A stretch of 64,000 nt of DNA from Macrostomum lignano (Eukaryota). Location: contig NIVC01001401.1 of the NCBI GenBank assembly GCA_002269645.1, positions 62,001 through 126,000 of the forward strand, given 5' to 3'. The translations under genes and the position numbers were made by a program. This document shows positions 1 through 12,210 of the stretch, one piece after another (position 1 is the first letter of the stretch; every line of letters begins with the position of its first letter). The notes beneath the pieces are model-generated. The model had not been told where the DNA came from and did no database searches. It saw only the letters and a list, made by a program, of their open reading frames with translations.

Positions 1-385
1 GCAAAGATGTCCACCGAGTGATCTTTGTGAGTATTTGGGTTAGCGCAAATGTCCACTGAGTGATTTTCGTGTGCTGGGGTAGCGCAAATGTCCACTGAGG
101 GATCTTTGGGAGTATTTGGGTAGCAAAGATGTCCACCGAGTGATCTTTGTGAGTATTTGGGTTAGCGCAAATGTCCACTGAGTGATTTTCGTGTGCTGGG
201 GTAGCACAAATGTCCACTGAGTGATCTTTGTGAGCATTTGGGTAACGCAGATGTCCACTGAGTGATCTTTGTGAGCATTTGGGGTAGCGCAAATGTCTAC
301 TGCGTGATCTTTGTGAGTATTTGGGTAACACAAATGTCTACTGAGTGATTTTTTGTGCTGGGTTAGCACGACAAGTGTCCACTGA
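1..385. repeat. Degenerate ~39-42 bp tandem repeat with a 122-bp higher-order period; runs off the left edge
   Basis: Unit ~ATGTCCACTGAGTGATCTTTGTGAGTATTTGGGTTAGCGCAA; ATGTCC at 7, 49, 88, 129, 171. Confidence 0.9.
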
Positions 386-428
386 GTGAAATTGATATCA
401 CTTTGCCCCACCCCTCTCCCATTTGCAG

Positions 429-446
429 TCCATGCACATGGAGCCG
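429..446 (+). CDS. Candidate 18-nt micro-exon of a gene entering from the left edge
   Basis: Pyrimidine-rich acceptor cccctctcccatttgcag|TCCATGCACATGGAGCCG|gtgagt consensus donor; length is a multiple of 3 and no stop in any frame. Confidence 0.45.
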
Positions 447-1002
447 GTGAGTGCTATGCTGCTAAGTTGCACAATTGCAAGCAATGCAAAAAGTTTGTTA
501 TAAACCATCCGAGTGCAAATTTGAATAACCGTACATAAGCAGAGGGTGTTGTGGCACCATTTGCACACAGACACCCCGAGTTGCACAATTTCCCGATCAC
601 GTCGCGATTTTTTGCGGTTATTTGTTACAAGCCATAATATATTTAAGCAATTTTTTTCAGTTGAGCTCAAACTATAGTATTAGTATATGCACCTAGATAT
701 CTGTCACCTGCGAAATCAAATATATATATATATGTCCTTATGACTTGTACAATCACTTAATTAACAAAATATGTTGCAACAAATCCCTCCCTTAGCAACC
801 TCAATTAACAAAACGCCCCATATTCGCCCTCTCCCACATCCAAAAAATCCATAATTGACAATCACAGTTTTATAGGGAATCTCCTATTAGGAATCCATAT
901 TAAAATATCGCCCCGATCTTTCAATATGGAAAATTCCCTATTAGAAAATAGCCCCCATCTGGGGAATTCCCTTCTTTATAAAAAATCGCTCCAATATCCA
1001 GG

Positions 1003-2513
1003 GAATTCCCTATTTTAGAATAAGTCCCAATCCAGGCAATTCCCTATTTTAGAATAGGTCCCAATCCAGGGAATTCCCTATTTTAGAATAGTCCCAATCC
1101 AGGCAATTCCCTATTTTAGAATAAGTCCCAATCCAGGCAATTCCCTATTTTAGAATAAGTCCCAATCCAGGGAATTCCCTATTTTAGAATAGGTCCCAAT
1201 CCAGGCAATTCCCTATTTTAGAATAGGTCCCAATCCAGGGAATTCCCTATTTTAGAATAGGTCCCAATCCAGGCAATTCCCTATTTTAGAATAAGTCCCA
1301 ATCCAGGGAATTCCCTATTTTAGAATAGGTCCCAATCCAGGCAATTCCCTATTTTAGAATAGGTCCCAATCCAGGGAATTCCCTATTTTAGAATAGGTCC
1401 CAATCCAGGCAATTCCCTATTTTAGAATAAGTCCCAATCCAGGGAATTCCCTATTTTAGAATAGGTCCCAATCCAGGCAATTCCCTATTTTAGAATAGGT
1501 CCCAATCCAGGGAATTCCCTATTTTAGAATAGGTCCCAATCCAGGGAATTCCCTATTTTAGAATAGGTCCCAATCCAGGCAATTCCCTATTTTAGAATAA
1601 GTCCCAATCCAGGGAATTCCCTATTTTAGAATAGGTCCCAATCCAGGCAATTCCCTATTTTAGAATAGGTCCCAATCCAGGGAATTCCCTATTTTAGAAT
1701 AGGTCCCAATCCAGGGAATTCCCTATTTTAGAATAGGTCCCAATCCAGGGAATTCCCTATTTTAGAATAGGTCCCAATCCAGGGAATTCCCTATTTTAGA
1801 ATAGGTCCCAATCCAGGGAATTCCCTATTTTAGAATAAGTCCCAATCCAGGGAATTCCCTATTTTAGAATAGGTCCCAATCCAGGGAATTCCCTATTTTA
1901 GAATAGGTCCCAATCCAGGCAATTCCCTATTTTAGAATAGGTCCCAATCCAGGCAATTCCCTATTTTAGAATAGGTCCCAATCCAGGGAATTCCCTATTT
2001 TAGAATAGGTCCCAATCCAGGGAATTCCCTATTTTAGAATAGGTCCCAATCCAGGGAATTCCCTATTTTAGAATAGGTCCCAATCCAGGGAATTCCCTAT
2101 TTTAGAATAGGTCCCAATCCAGGGAATTCCCTATTTTAGAATAGGTCCCAATCCAGGCAATTCCCTATTTTAGAATAGGTCCCAATCCAGGCAATTCCCT
2201 ATTTTAGAATAGGTCCCAATCCAGGGAATTCCCTATTTTAGAATAGGTCCCAATCCAGGGAATTCCCTATTTTAGAATAGGTCCCAATCCAGGGAATTCC
2301 CTATTTTAGAATAGGTCCCAATCCAGGGAATTCCCTATTTTAGAATAGGTCCCAATCCAGGGAATTCCCTATTTTAGAATAGGTCCCAATCCAGGCAATT
2401 CCCTATTTTAGAATAGGTCCCAATCCAGGCAATTCCCTATTTTAGAATAGGTCCCAATCCAGGCAATTTCCTATTTTAGAATAAGTCCCAATCCAGGGAA
2501 TTCCCTATTTCAG
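1003..2513. repeat. 34-bp minisatellite (~44 copies)
   Basis: GG(G/C)AATTCCCTATTTTAGAATA(G/A)GTCCCAATCCA. Confidence 0.97.
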
Positions 2514-2599
2514 AAATCACCCAAAGTCTGGGAAATCTTTAATAGAAATCGCTCTCCAAGCTGCAAAATTTGTATTCAATATTTTTATCCAATTACCCC

Positions 2600-2890
2600 A
2601 GTCTGCAATTAGTCCAACGCTATCTAACAAAGAGTTTCGCATCTGCCCTGTCGCAATAAAACTGCACTGCAACAGGTGGCCAATCGGCAGTTTCAGCATC
2701 AGCAACAGCAGTCGCAGCCGCATCATCATCAGCAGCTGTCAGCTAACTCAGCTATCCGCTGACTGTTGGCACTATGCCAGCTGTGACTGTCTCAATACCG
2801 CCTATACGCCGATCGCAGCTTCAGCTAATCCATACCAGTCTTCCCCCAGCTTGTCAATAGCACTTCTTCGAATTTACCTTTTCTATTAAA
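2600..2890 (+). CDS. Candidate low-complexity (Q/H/S-rich) exon, frame unresolved
   Basis: Unique island between arrays, acceptor-like ttaccccag at ~2600; CAG/CAT-rich run (e.g. QFQHQQQQSQPHHHQQ in one frame, a ~95-codon open frame in another). Confidence 0.3.
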
Positions 2891-3137
2891 ATAATTATTA
2901 ACCCGACTGTTGGCAAGACAGCGCTTTCTTTAAAATTATCAGGTAAATCAAATGGACTGGACTTTATGAATAATTAGAAAATTTATTGGGGGGTTGGGAG
3001 TCATGCCTCTCCCCATACTGGACGCCTGCGTATCTACTTGTTTTTTCTAGCGTGTTTTTTTCGTTGTTAATACTTGTTTCACTGTGCACTAGTTGCCCGT
3101 TGTTTACTATTCACGGTTCTCAAAATGTGGCGTGCCC

Positions 3138-3960
3138 TGGGAGTGACAGTATCTAGGGGTGGCGGGAGTGACTGTGTCTAGGGGTGGCGGGAGTGACAGT
3201 GTCTAGGGGTGGCGGGGAGTGACTGTGTCTAGGGGTGGCGGGAGTGACAGTGTCTAGGGGTGGCGGGAGTGACAGTGTCTAGGGGTGGCCGGGAGTGACA
3301 GTGTCTAGGGGTGGCGGGAGTGACAGTGTCTAGGGGTGGCGGGAGTGACAGTGTCTAGGGGTGGCGGGAGTGACAGTGTCTAGGGGTGGCGGGAGTGACA
3401 GTGTCTAGGGGTGGCGGGGAGTGACAGTATCTAGGGGTGGCGGGAGTGACAGTGTCTAGGGGTGGCGGGAGTGACTGTGTCTAGGGTGGCGGGAGTGACA
3501 GTGTCTAGGGGTGGCGGGAGTGACAGTGTCTAGGGGTGGCGGGGAGTGACTGTATCTAGGGGTGGCGGGAAGTGACTGTATCTAGGGGTGGCGGGGACTG
3601 ACCGTATCAAAGGGGTGGCGGGGAGTGACTGTATCTAGGGGTGGCGGGAAGTGACTGTATCTAGGGGTGGCGGGGACTGACCGTATCAAAGGGGTGGCGG
3701 GGAGTGACTGTATCTAGGGGTGGCGGGGACTGACCGTATCAAAGGGGAGGCGAGAGTGACGGACAGTATCTAGGGAAGGTGGGAGGGAAGTATCTAGGGG
3801 CAGGAGTGACAGACAGTATCTACGGAAGGTGGGAGGGAAGTATCTAGGGGCAGGAGTGACAGACAGTATCTACGGAAGGTGGGAGGGAAGTATCTAGGGG
3901 CAGGAGTGACAGACAGTATCTACGGAAGGTGGGAGGGAAGTATCTAGGGGCGGGAGTGAC
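3138..3960. repeat. G-rich 25-bp minisatellite grading into a 50-bp unit
   Basis: GGGAGTGACAGTGTCTAGGGGTGGC; 50-bp unit from ~3760. Confidence 0.95.
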
Positions 3961-4511
3961 AGAACCGAGAGCAGTGCTGTCTAGAGTATAAATAAAGGGG
4001 TGTTTTGCATCTTTTTCAATTTACTAACATTTAACAAGAGGGAATGTAAATCCACGATTAGCATCGGTACATAAAAGAATGGTATTCTTCCCCAGGTGAA
4101 TAAATTAATTATAACCCTGTCTAACCTCACATACTGACCAGCCTGACCAGCTGAACAATTGAGAAATGCGATCACCCATTTTTATACTAACTGGTTTCAG
4201 TAAGAGCTATGGTCTCAGCATTTTTGCCATTAATATTTATACATCCTTGCCTACTCGTGCTTTTCTACTCATAGTAGAGTGTTGTGTAGGAATTTAAAGT
4301 GTTTCGAGTATTTAGCACTCACTGAGTCGGCTGTCATAAAAGCTAAAAATAATTCCTGCACTGAGCATGGCTTCAACTTTCTGTTTGCCTTTTTCTCTGC
4401 TCATTTATTATCATCGGCGTTTACAAATTTGAACCTAGGATGTCAAGCTAGTGTACTATGCAGGTTTAGATATTGTCTATAGTAGACCATTATTTGACGC
4501 ACTGTATCCTA

Positions 4512-5920
4512 GAGGATGTTGGAGTTCCAATCTGAGGATGTTGGATTCCAATCTGAGGATGTTGGAGTTCCAATCTGAGGATGTTGGATTCCAATCTGAG
4601 GATGTTGGATTCCAATCTGAGGATGTTGGATTCCAATCTAAAGATGTTGGATTCCAATCTGAGGATGTTGGATTCCAATCTGAGGATGTTGGATTCCAAT
4701 CTGAGGATGTTGGATTCCAATCTGAGGATGTTGGATTCCAATCTAAAGATGTTGGATTCCAATCTGAGGATGTTGGATTCCAATCTGAGGATGTTGGATT
4801 CCAATCTGAGGATGTTGGATTCCAATCTGAGGATGTTGGATTCCAATCTGAAGATGTTGGATTCCAATCTGAGGATGTTGGATTCCAATCTGAGGATGTT
4901 GGATTCCAATCTGAGGATGTTGGATTCCAATCTGAAGATGTTGGATTCCAATCTGAGGATGTTGGATTCCAATCTGAGGATGTTGGATTCCAATCTGAAG
5001 ATGTTGGATTCCAATCTGAAGATGTTGGATTCCAATCTGAGGATGTTGGATTCCAATCTGAAGATGTTGGATTCCAATCTGAGGATGTTGGATTCCAATC
5101 TGAAGATGTTGGATTGGAGTTCCCATCTGAAGATGTTGGAGTTCAATCTAAGGATGTTGGATTCCAATCTGAAGATGTTGGATTGGAGTTCCCATCTGAA
5201 GATGTTGGAGTTCCAATCTAAGGATGTTGGATTCCAAACTGAAGATGTTGGATTGGAGTTCCCATCTGAGGATGTTGGAGTTCCCATCTGAAGATGTTGG
5301 ATTGGAGTTCCCATCTGAGGATGTTGGAGTTCCCATCTGAAGATGTTGGATTCCAATCTGAGGATGTTGGATTCCAATCTGAGGATGTTGGATTCCAATC
5401 TGAGAATATTTGAGTTCCAATCTGAGGATTTTGGATTCCAATCTGAAGATGTTGGATTGGAGTTCCCATCTGAAGATGTTGGAGTTCCAATCTGAAGATG
5501 TTGGATTGGAGTTCCCATCTGAAGATGTTGGAGTTCCAATCTAAGGATGTTGGATTCCAATCTGAGGATGTTGGAGTTCCAATCTGAGGATGTTGCAGTT
5601 CCAATCTAAGGATGTTGGATTCCAATCTGAGGATGTTGGATTCCAATCTGAAGATGTTGGATTGGAGTTCCCATCTGAAGATGTTGGAGTTCCAATCTGA
5701 AGATGTTGGATTGGAGTTCCCATCTGAAGATGTTGGAGTTCCAATCTAAGGATGTTGGATTCCAATCTGAGGATGTTGGAGTTCCAATCTGAGGATGTTG
5801 CAGTTCCAATCTAAGGATGTTGGAGTTCCAATCTGAGGATGTTGGATTCCAATCTAAGGATGTTGGAGTTCCAATCTCAGGATGTTGGAGTTCCAATCTC
5901 AGGATGTTGGAGTTCCAATT
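4512..5920. repeat. 21-bp minisatellite with 27-bp variants
   Basis: GGATTCCAATCTGAGGATGTT; source of the spurious FQSEDVG/ESNILRL ORFs. Confidence 0.97.
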
Positions 5921-5977
5921 TGACGTGCACCTACGCGCCACTCACCTTGAACTTCAACCACCTGCATCCCCTAGCAG

Positions 5978-6346
5978 GTGGGCGCCAGAAAACGCGCATC
6001 GACCCACAGACATCCGCCTCACTCTTCCACCGCCACCGCCGCTGTCCCTGCCGCCACTGCGCCGGCAGGCGTCAGAATGACCACCCGGCGTCCGTCGCTG
6101 CTGGAGGCCACCTGGCAGATGCAGACGCCTTCAATGGCGGCTCAATCGGAGCGCGTCTCGCAGCAGCGAGCAGCCGCTACAGTCGTTGGCGGCGTCGCAA
6201 ACGGCGGAGCCGGCGGCACGGTCGGATTAGTGCGCTCTTTGGGCGCCGATGAGGATTCCATCAGTCGGGAGTTGGACTTTGGCGGCAACGAGACTAGCGA
6301 ACAGCTGACAGGCCTGTTGGCTAGGCATAAGGCCGGCTTGGCGTGA
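5978..6346 (+). CDS. Probable terminal coding exon of an unidentified plus-strand gene
   Basis: GC-rich island between two arrays; acceptor cctgcatcccctagcag|GTG; 122 open codons ending ...ETSEQLTGLLARHKAGLA-TGA; composition resembles the other exons here. Confidence 0.55.
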   Translation: MGARKRASTHRHPPHSSTATAAVPAATAPAGVRMTTRRPSLLEATWQMQTPSMAAQSERVSQQRAAATVVGGVANGGAGGTVGLVRSLGADEDSISRELDFGGNETSEQLTGLLARHKAGLA

Positions 6347-6414
6347 AAAATCCTAAAAAATCCCATATGCCGTTTTTGGGGGATTTGTTATTTTGCAGGA
6401 TTTTAGGTGCTTAG

Positions 6415-7266
6415 AAATCCCGCATTTGAGGATATTCAGAAATCTCCCCAATTGAGGATGCTCAAAAATCTCCCCAATTGAGGGTGTTCAGAAATCTCCC
6501 CAATTGAGGATATTCAGAAATCTCCCCAATTGAGGATGCTCAGAAATCTCCCCAATTGAGGATGTTCAGAAATCTCCCCAATTGAGGGTGTTCAGAAATC
6601 TCCCCAATTGAGGATGCTCAAAAATCTCCCCAATTGAGGGTGTTCAGAAATCTCCCCAATTGAGGATATTCAGAAATCTCCCCAATTGAGGATGCTCAGA
6701 AATCTCCCCAATTGAGGATGCTCAGAAATCTCCCCAATTGAGGGTGTTCAGAAATCTCCCCAATTGAGGATATTCAGAAATCTCCCCAATTGAGGATGCT
6801 CAGAAATCTCCCCAATTGAGGATGCTCAAGATCTCCCCAATTGAGGATGTTCAGAAATCTCCCCAATTGAGGATGTTCAGAAATCTCCCCAATTGAGAAT
6901 GCTCAGAAATCTCCCCAATTGAGGATGCTCAGAAATCTCCCCAATTGAGAATGCTCAGAATTCTCCCCAATTGAGGATGCTCAAGATCTCCCCAATTGAG
7001 GATGTTCAGAAATCTCCCCAATTGAGGATGTTCAGAAATCTCCCCAATTGAGGATATTCAGAAATCTCCCCAATTGAGGATGCTCAGAAATCTCCCCAAT
7101 TGAGGATGTTCAGAAATCTCCCCAATTAAGGATGTTCAGAAATCTCCCCAATTAAGGATGCTCAGAAATCTCCCCAATTAAGGATGCTCAGAAATCTCCC
7201 CAATTAAGGATGCTCAGAAATCTCCCCAATTAAGGATGCTCAGAAATCTCCCCAATTGAGGATGTT
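6415..7266. repeat. 26-bp minisatellite
   Basis: CAGAAATCTCCCCAATTGAGGATGCT. Confidence 0.97.
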
Positions 7267-7784
7267 AGCGCTGTCTAGAGTAAAAATCCTAGAGCTGTAA
7301 ATTACTCACAGCAGTTCATTCTATCAGTCTCCCAAAAATGTTAATCTCTTCATCTACTTGCTTTTTTAGCTGACGTCCTTAAAAGTTTATATGCGTGATT
7401 ATATGATTACTGTTTTGTGCGCTCCACATAGTGACGATTGTCTGTTTTTAAAAATCAAAGTACACACAGCTTTACTTGAGAAGTTATTATTTTATTATTT
7501 ATTTTTTACTGCTGTTTTTCAGTTGCATAATATCGCTACCAGTAGCTGTTATTTCAGTAGTATATATTGAATATCTGACTGCATTGGTTGCCTGCGTCGC
7601 GTTATAAAACTCTGATATTTATATAATATAGAAATTGCTAAAATCCGTAGCGATTCGGAATTGTTCTCTGTTTTTTTAGTTGACAATTGAAATTGTTTTG
7701 TAGTTTTACGCTTCCTTCTTTTATTGGAGAAATTTCTATTGAAGATTTTTTATCTGCTAATTGCTGCTAATAGTTTACGTGAAC

Positions 7785-8140
7785 TCCCCTATGGGTGAAC
7801 TCTCCTTTAAGGGAACTTCTTTCTAGGTGAACCCCTCTAGGTGAACTTCTTTCTATCTAAACCCCCTCTAGGTGAACTTCTTTCTATGTGAACCCCCTTT
7901 AGGTGAACGTCTTTCTAGGTGAACCCCTCTAGGTGAACTCCCCTTTAAGTGAACGTCTTTCTAGGTGAACCCCTCTAGGTGGACTCCCCCTTTAGGTGAA
8001 CGTCTTTCTAGGTGAACGTCTTTCTAGGTGAACCCCTCTAGGTGAACTCCCCCTTTAGGTGAACGTCTTTCTAGGTGAACCCCTCTAGGTAAACTCCCCC
8101 TTTAGGTGAACGTCTTTCTAGGTGAACCCCTCAAGGTGAT
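7785..8140. repeat. Compound 14-16-bp repeat
   Basis: TAGGTGAACCCCTC / TAGGTGAACGTCTTTC / TAGGTGAACTCCCCCTT. Confidence 0.9.
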
Positions 8141-8674
8141 TCCACTTAAAAATAATTCTATATTTGCTACCGTAGGCCACCTTATTTTAGATTAGCAGTA
8201 AACAGCGCTCATATTAATAGCTCGTAATCATATCTTTCGCCTGCTTATGACGTGGCCATTTTCAAATATTTATATGAGTAATATGCTAGCTTCATCTATA
8301 ATTGTTGCTATTTGAAATATTCTCACGCTGAGATGATCTCTGTCTATATTTCATAATTGTTCTCTCTCTCTCTTATGCGCGCACTAAATGATAACATTTT
8401 CGCTGGACTTCTTACAGTCGGTTTTTTCTGTAATTGCTTTGCTGTCTCTTGGCTTTTTTAAAAAGATTATATTTTATATTACATTATTAGCTTCTCTGCA
8501 TGACTGCCCGCTTAAATCGCGTTTTGCCTTGCCGTGATGTGCTTACTAATTTGTTTCTGTAAGCGTTTTTATTGTGAATTCGTTGTATGAATATAATGTG
8601 TAGATTCTTGAGAATATTGAGATTTTTTGGAGCGATACTGCCTGTTAACAGTACAATAGTTTTAGGGAATAGTC

Positions 8675-10810
8675 TGTAGATCAGCTGGGATATTTCTGTA
8701 GATCAGCTGGGATATTTCTGTAGATCAGCTGGGATATTTCTGTAGATCAGCTGGGATATGTTTGTAGATCAGCTGAGATAATTGTCTGTATATCTGTTTG
8801 GATATTGTCAGTATATCTGTTTGGATATTGTCTGTATATCTGTTTGGATATTGTCTGTATATCTGTTTGGATATTGTCTGTATATCTGTTTGGATATTGT
8901 CTGTATATCTGTTTGGATATTGTCTGTATATCTGTTTGAATATTGTCAGTATATCTGTTTGGATATTGTCTGTATATCTGTTTGGATATTGTCTGTATAT
9001 CTGTTTGGATATTGTCTGTATATCTGTTTGAATATTGTCAGTATATCTGTTTGGATATTGTCTGTATATCTGTTTGGATATTGTCAGTATATCTGTTTGG
9101 ATATTGTCTGCAGATCAGCTGGGGTATTGTCTGTATATCTGTTTGGATATTGTCTGTATATCTGTTTGGATATTGTCTGTATATCTGTTTGGATATTGTC
9201 TGTATATCTGTTTGAATATTGTCAGTATATCTGTTTGAATATTGTCAGTATATCTGTTTGGATATTGTCTGTATATCTGTTTGAATATTGTCTGTATATC
9301 TGTTTGGATATTGTCTGTATATCTGTTTGGATATTGTCTGTATATCTGTTTGGATATTGTCTGTATATCTGTTTGGATATTGTCTGCAGATCAGCTGGGG
9401 TATTGTCTGTATATCTGTTTGGATATTGTCTGTATATCTGTTTGAATATTGTCTGTATATCTGTTTGGATATTGTCTGTATATCTGTTTGGATATTGTCT
9501 GTATATCTGTTTGGATATTGTCAGTATATCTGTTTGAATATTGTCAGTATATCTGTTTGGATATTGTCTGTATATCTGTTTGGATATTGTCTGTATATCT
9601 GTTTGGATATTGTCTGTATATCTGTTTGGATATTGTCAGTATATCTGTTTGGATATTGTTTGTATATCTGTTTGGATATTGTCAGTATATCTGTTTGGAT
9701 ATTGTCTGTATATCTGTTTGGATATTGTCTGTATATCTGTTTGAATATTGTCTGTATATCTGTTTGGATATTGTCTGTATATCTGTTTGGATATTGTCTG
9801 TATATCTGTTTGGATATTGTCTGTATATCTGTTTGGATATTTTCTGTATATCTGTTTGGATATTGTCTGTATATCTGTTTGAATATTGTCAGTATATCTG
9901 TTTGGATATTTTCTGTATATCTGTTTGGATATTGTCTGTATATCTGTTTGGATATTGTCTGTATATCTGTTTGGATATTGTCAGTATATCTGTTTGGATA
10001 TTGTCTGTATATCTGTTTGAATATTTTCTGTATATCTGTTTGGATATTGTCAGTATATCTGTTTGAATATTGTCTGTATATCTGTTTGGATATTGTCTGT
10101 ATATCTGTTTGGATATTGTCTGTATATCTGTTTGGATATTTTCTGTATATCTGTTTGAATATTATCTGCAGATCAGCTGGGGTATTGTCTGCAGATCAGC
10201 TGGGGTATTGTCTGTAGATCAGATGGGATATTGTCTGCAGATCAGATGGGGTATTGTCTGCAGATCAGCTGGGGTATTGTCTGCAGATCAGCTGGGGTAT
10301 TGTCTGTAGATCAGATGGGATATTGTCTGCAGATCAGATGGGGTATTGTCTGCAGATCAGATGGGGTATTGTCTGCAGATCAGATGGGGTATTGTCTGCA
10401 GATCAGCTGGGGTATTGTCTGCAGATCAGCTGGGGTATTGTCTGTAGATCAGATGGGATATTGTCTGCAGATCAGATGGGGTATTGTCTGCAGATCAGCT
10501 GGGGTATTGTCTGCAGATCAGATGGGGTATTGTCTGCAGATCAGCTGGGGTATTGTCTGCAGATCAGCTGGGGTATTGTCTGTAGATCAGATGGGATATT
10601 GTCTGCAGATCAGCTGGGGTATTGTCTGCAGATCAGCTGGGGTATTGTCTGCAGATCAGATGGGGTATTGTCTGCAGATCAGCTGGGGTATTGTCTGCAG
10701 ATCAGCTGGGATATTGTCTGCAGATCAGATGGGGTATTGTCTGCAGATCAGCTGGGATATTGTCTGCAGATCAGATGGGATATTGTCTGCAGATCAGATG
10801 GGATATTGTC
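8675..10810. repeat. 23-bp minisatellite with two unit types
   Basis: Type A TATCTGTTTGGATATTGTCTGTA; type B GATCAGCTGGGGTATTGTCTGCA. Confidence 0.97.
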
Positions 10811-11334
10811 CATAGATGTTTTGGTATGGATGTTACAGTTTGTGAATACTTGAATTGAACGAAATGGTAATTCTCTGAAGTATCTGTACATTTTCAATAA
10901 AAATATGCAGATAGATTTACAGGTATCCCAGTGAAGATCAGATAGTTAATATTGGTGTGAGAGACAAGTAGTTGCTAGGCGCAGGTGCCTTGCACCCGAA
11001 ACGCAAACTGATCTCCTGCCTAAACCTTGGCGTATCAACAAACGTAATGGCTTTCATTACGATTCGATGCATGTCTGCCCTAAGAGCAGTTAAAATATTT
11101 TGATTTGCAATCTGCACTGCCGCGCTAATGGCAAATTATTTCGTGTTATTTTATTTATTATTTGTGAAATATTAATAACACACCTGTACGGCGTATTTAC
11201 AATACACTGTGCTTCGCTTGGTTGGCCGTTTGGATTTTTTCCTAACTCGAGTGTTGCCGCGTTCTCAGAAACTGTTCATGTACTTTTTGTAGTGTACGGG
11301 TTGCTTTCCTTGTAGTGCTTAGCTTATATTGTAG

Positions 11335-12210
11335 CAAGAATGGTAGCTTGAGCAGTAGCTTAACTGGTAGCTTAATTGATAGCTTGAATGGTAGCTTAGA
11401 TGGTAGTTAAAATGGTAGTTTTAATAGTAGCTTGAATAGTAGCTTAAATGGTAGCTCGAATGGTAGCTATAATGGTCGCTCGAATGGTAGTTAGAATGGT
11501 AGCTCGAATAGTAGCTTAAATGGTAGCTCAAATGGTATTTAGTTAAAATGGTAGCTCGAATGGTATATAGTTAAAATGGTAGCTCAAATGGTAGTTAGTT
11601 AAAATGGTAGCTCGAATGGTAGTTAAAATGGTAGCTCGAATGGTTGTTAAAATGGTAGCTCGAATGGTAGTTAAAATGGTAGCTCGAATGGTAGCTATAA
11701 TGGTCGCTCGAATGGTAGTTAGAATGGTAGCTCGAATAGTAGCTTAAATGGTAGCTCAAATGGTATTTATTTAAAATGGTAGCTCGAATGGTAGTTCGTT
11801 CAAATGGTAGCTCGAATGGTTGTTAAAATGGTAGCTCGAATGGTTGTTAAATTGGTAGCTCGAATGGTTGTTAAAATGGTAGCTCGAATGGTAGGTAAAT
11901 TGGTAGCTCGAATGGTAGGTAAATTGGTAGCTCGAATGGTAGTTAAAATGGTAGCTCGAATGGTAGGTAAATTGGTAGCTCGAATGGTTGTTAAATTGGT
12001 AGCTCGAATGGTTGTTAAAATGGTAGCTCGAATGGTAGGTAAATTGGTAGCTCGAATGGTTGTTAAAATGGTAGCTCGAATGGTTGTTAAAATGGTAGCT
12101 CGAATGGTAGTTAAAATGGTAGCTCGAATGGTTGTTAAAATGGTAGCTCGAATGGTAGTTAAATTGGTAGCTCGAATGGTTGTTAAAATGGTAGCTCGAA
12201 TGGTAGCTTA
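11335..12210. repeat. 24-bp minisatellite (two 12-bp subunits)
   Basis: AAAATGGTAGCTCGAATGGTAGTT. Confidence 0.95.

Noticed and set aside
1003-2513. Regular 34-bp repeats with an internal palindrome resembling a CRISPR array
   Set aside because: Units are head-to-tail with no unique spacers, there are no cas genes, and the context is a spliced eukaryotic genome.
4451-5941. Long ORFs (FQSEDVG, ESNILRL repeats) and the many similar ORFs at 8.8-10.8, 11.8, 17.8, 21.0, 22.6, 24.4, 32.3, 34.4, 40.3, 48.2, 53.1, 57.2, 61.1 and 62.2 kb
   Set aside because: They are translations of stop-free tandem repeat units, open in several frames or strands at once, and many lie in introns of the resolved genes.
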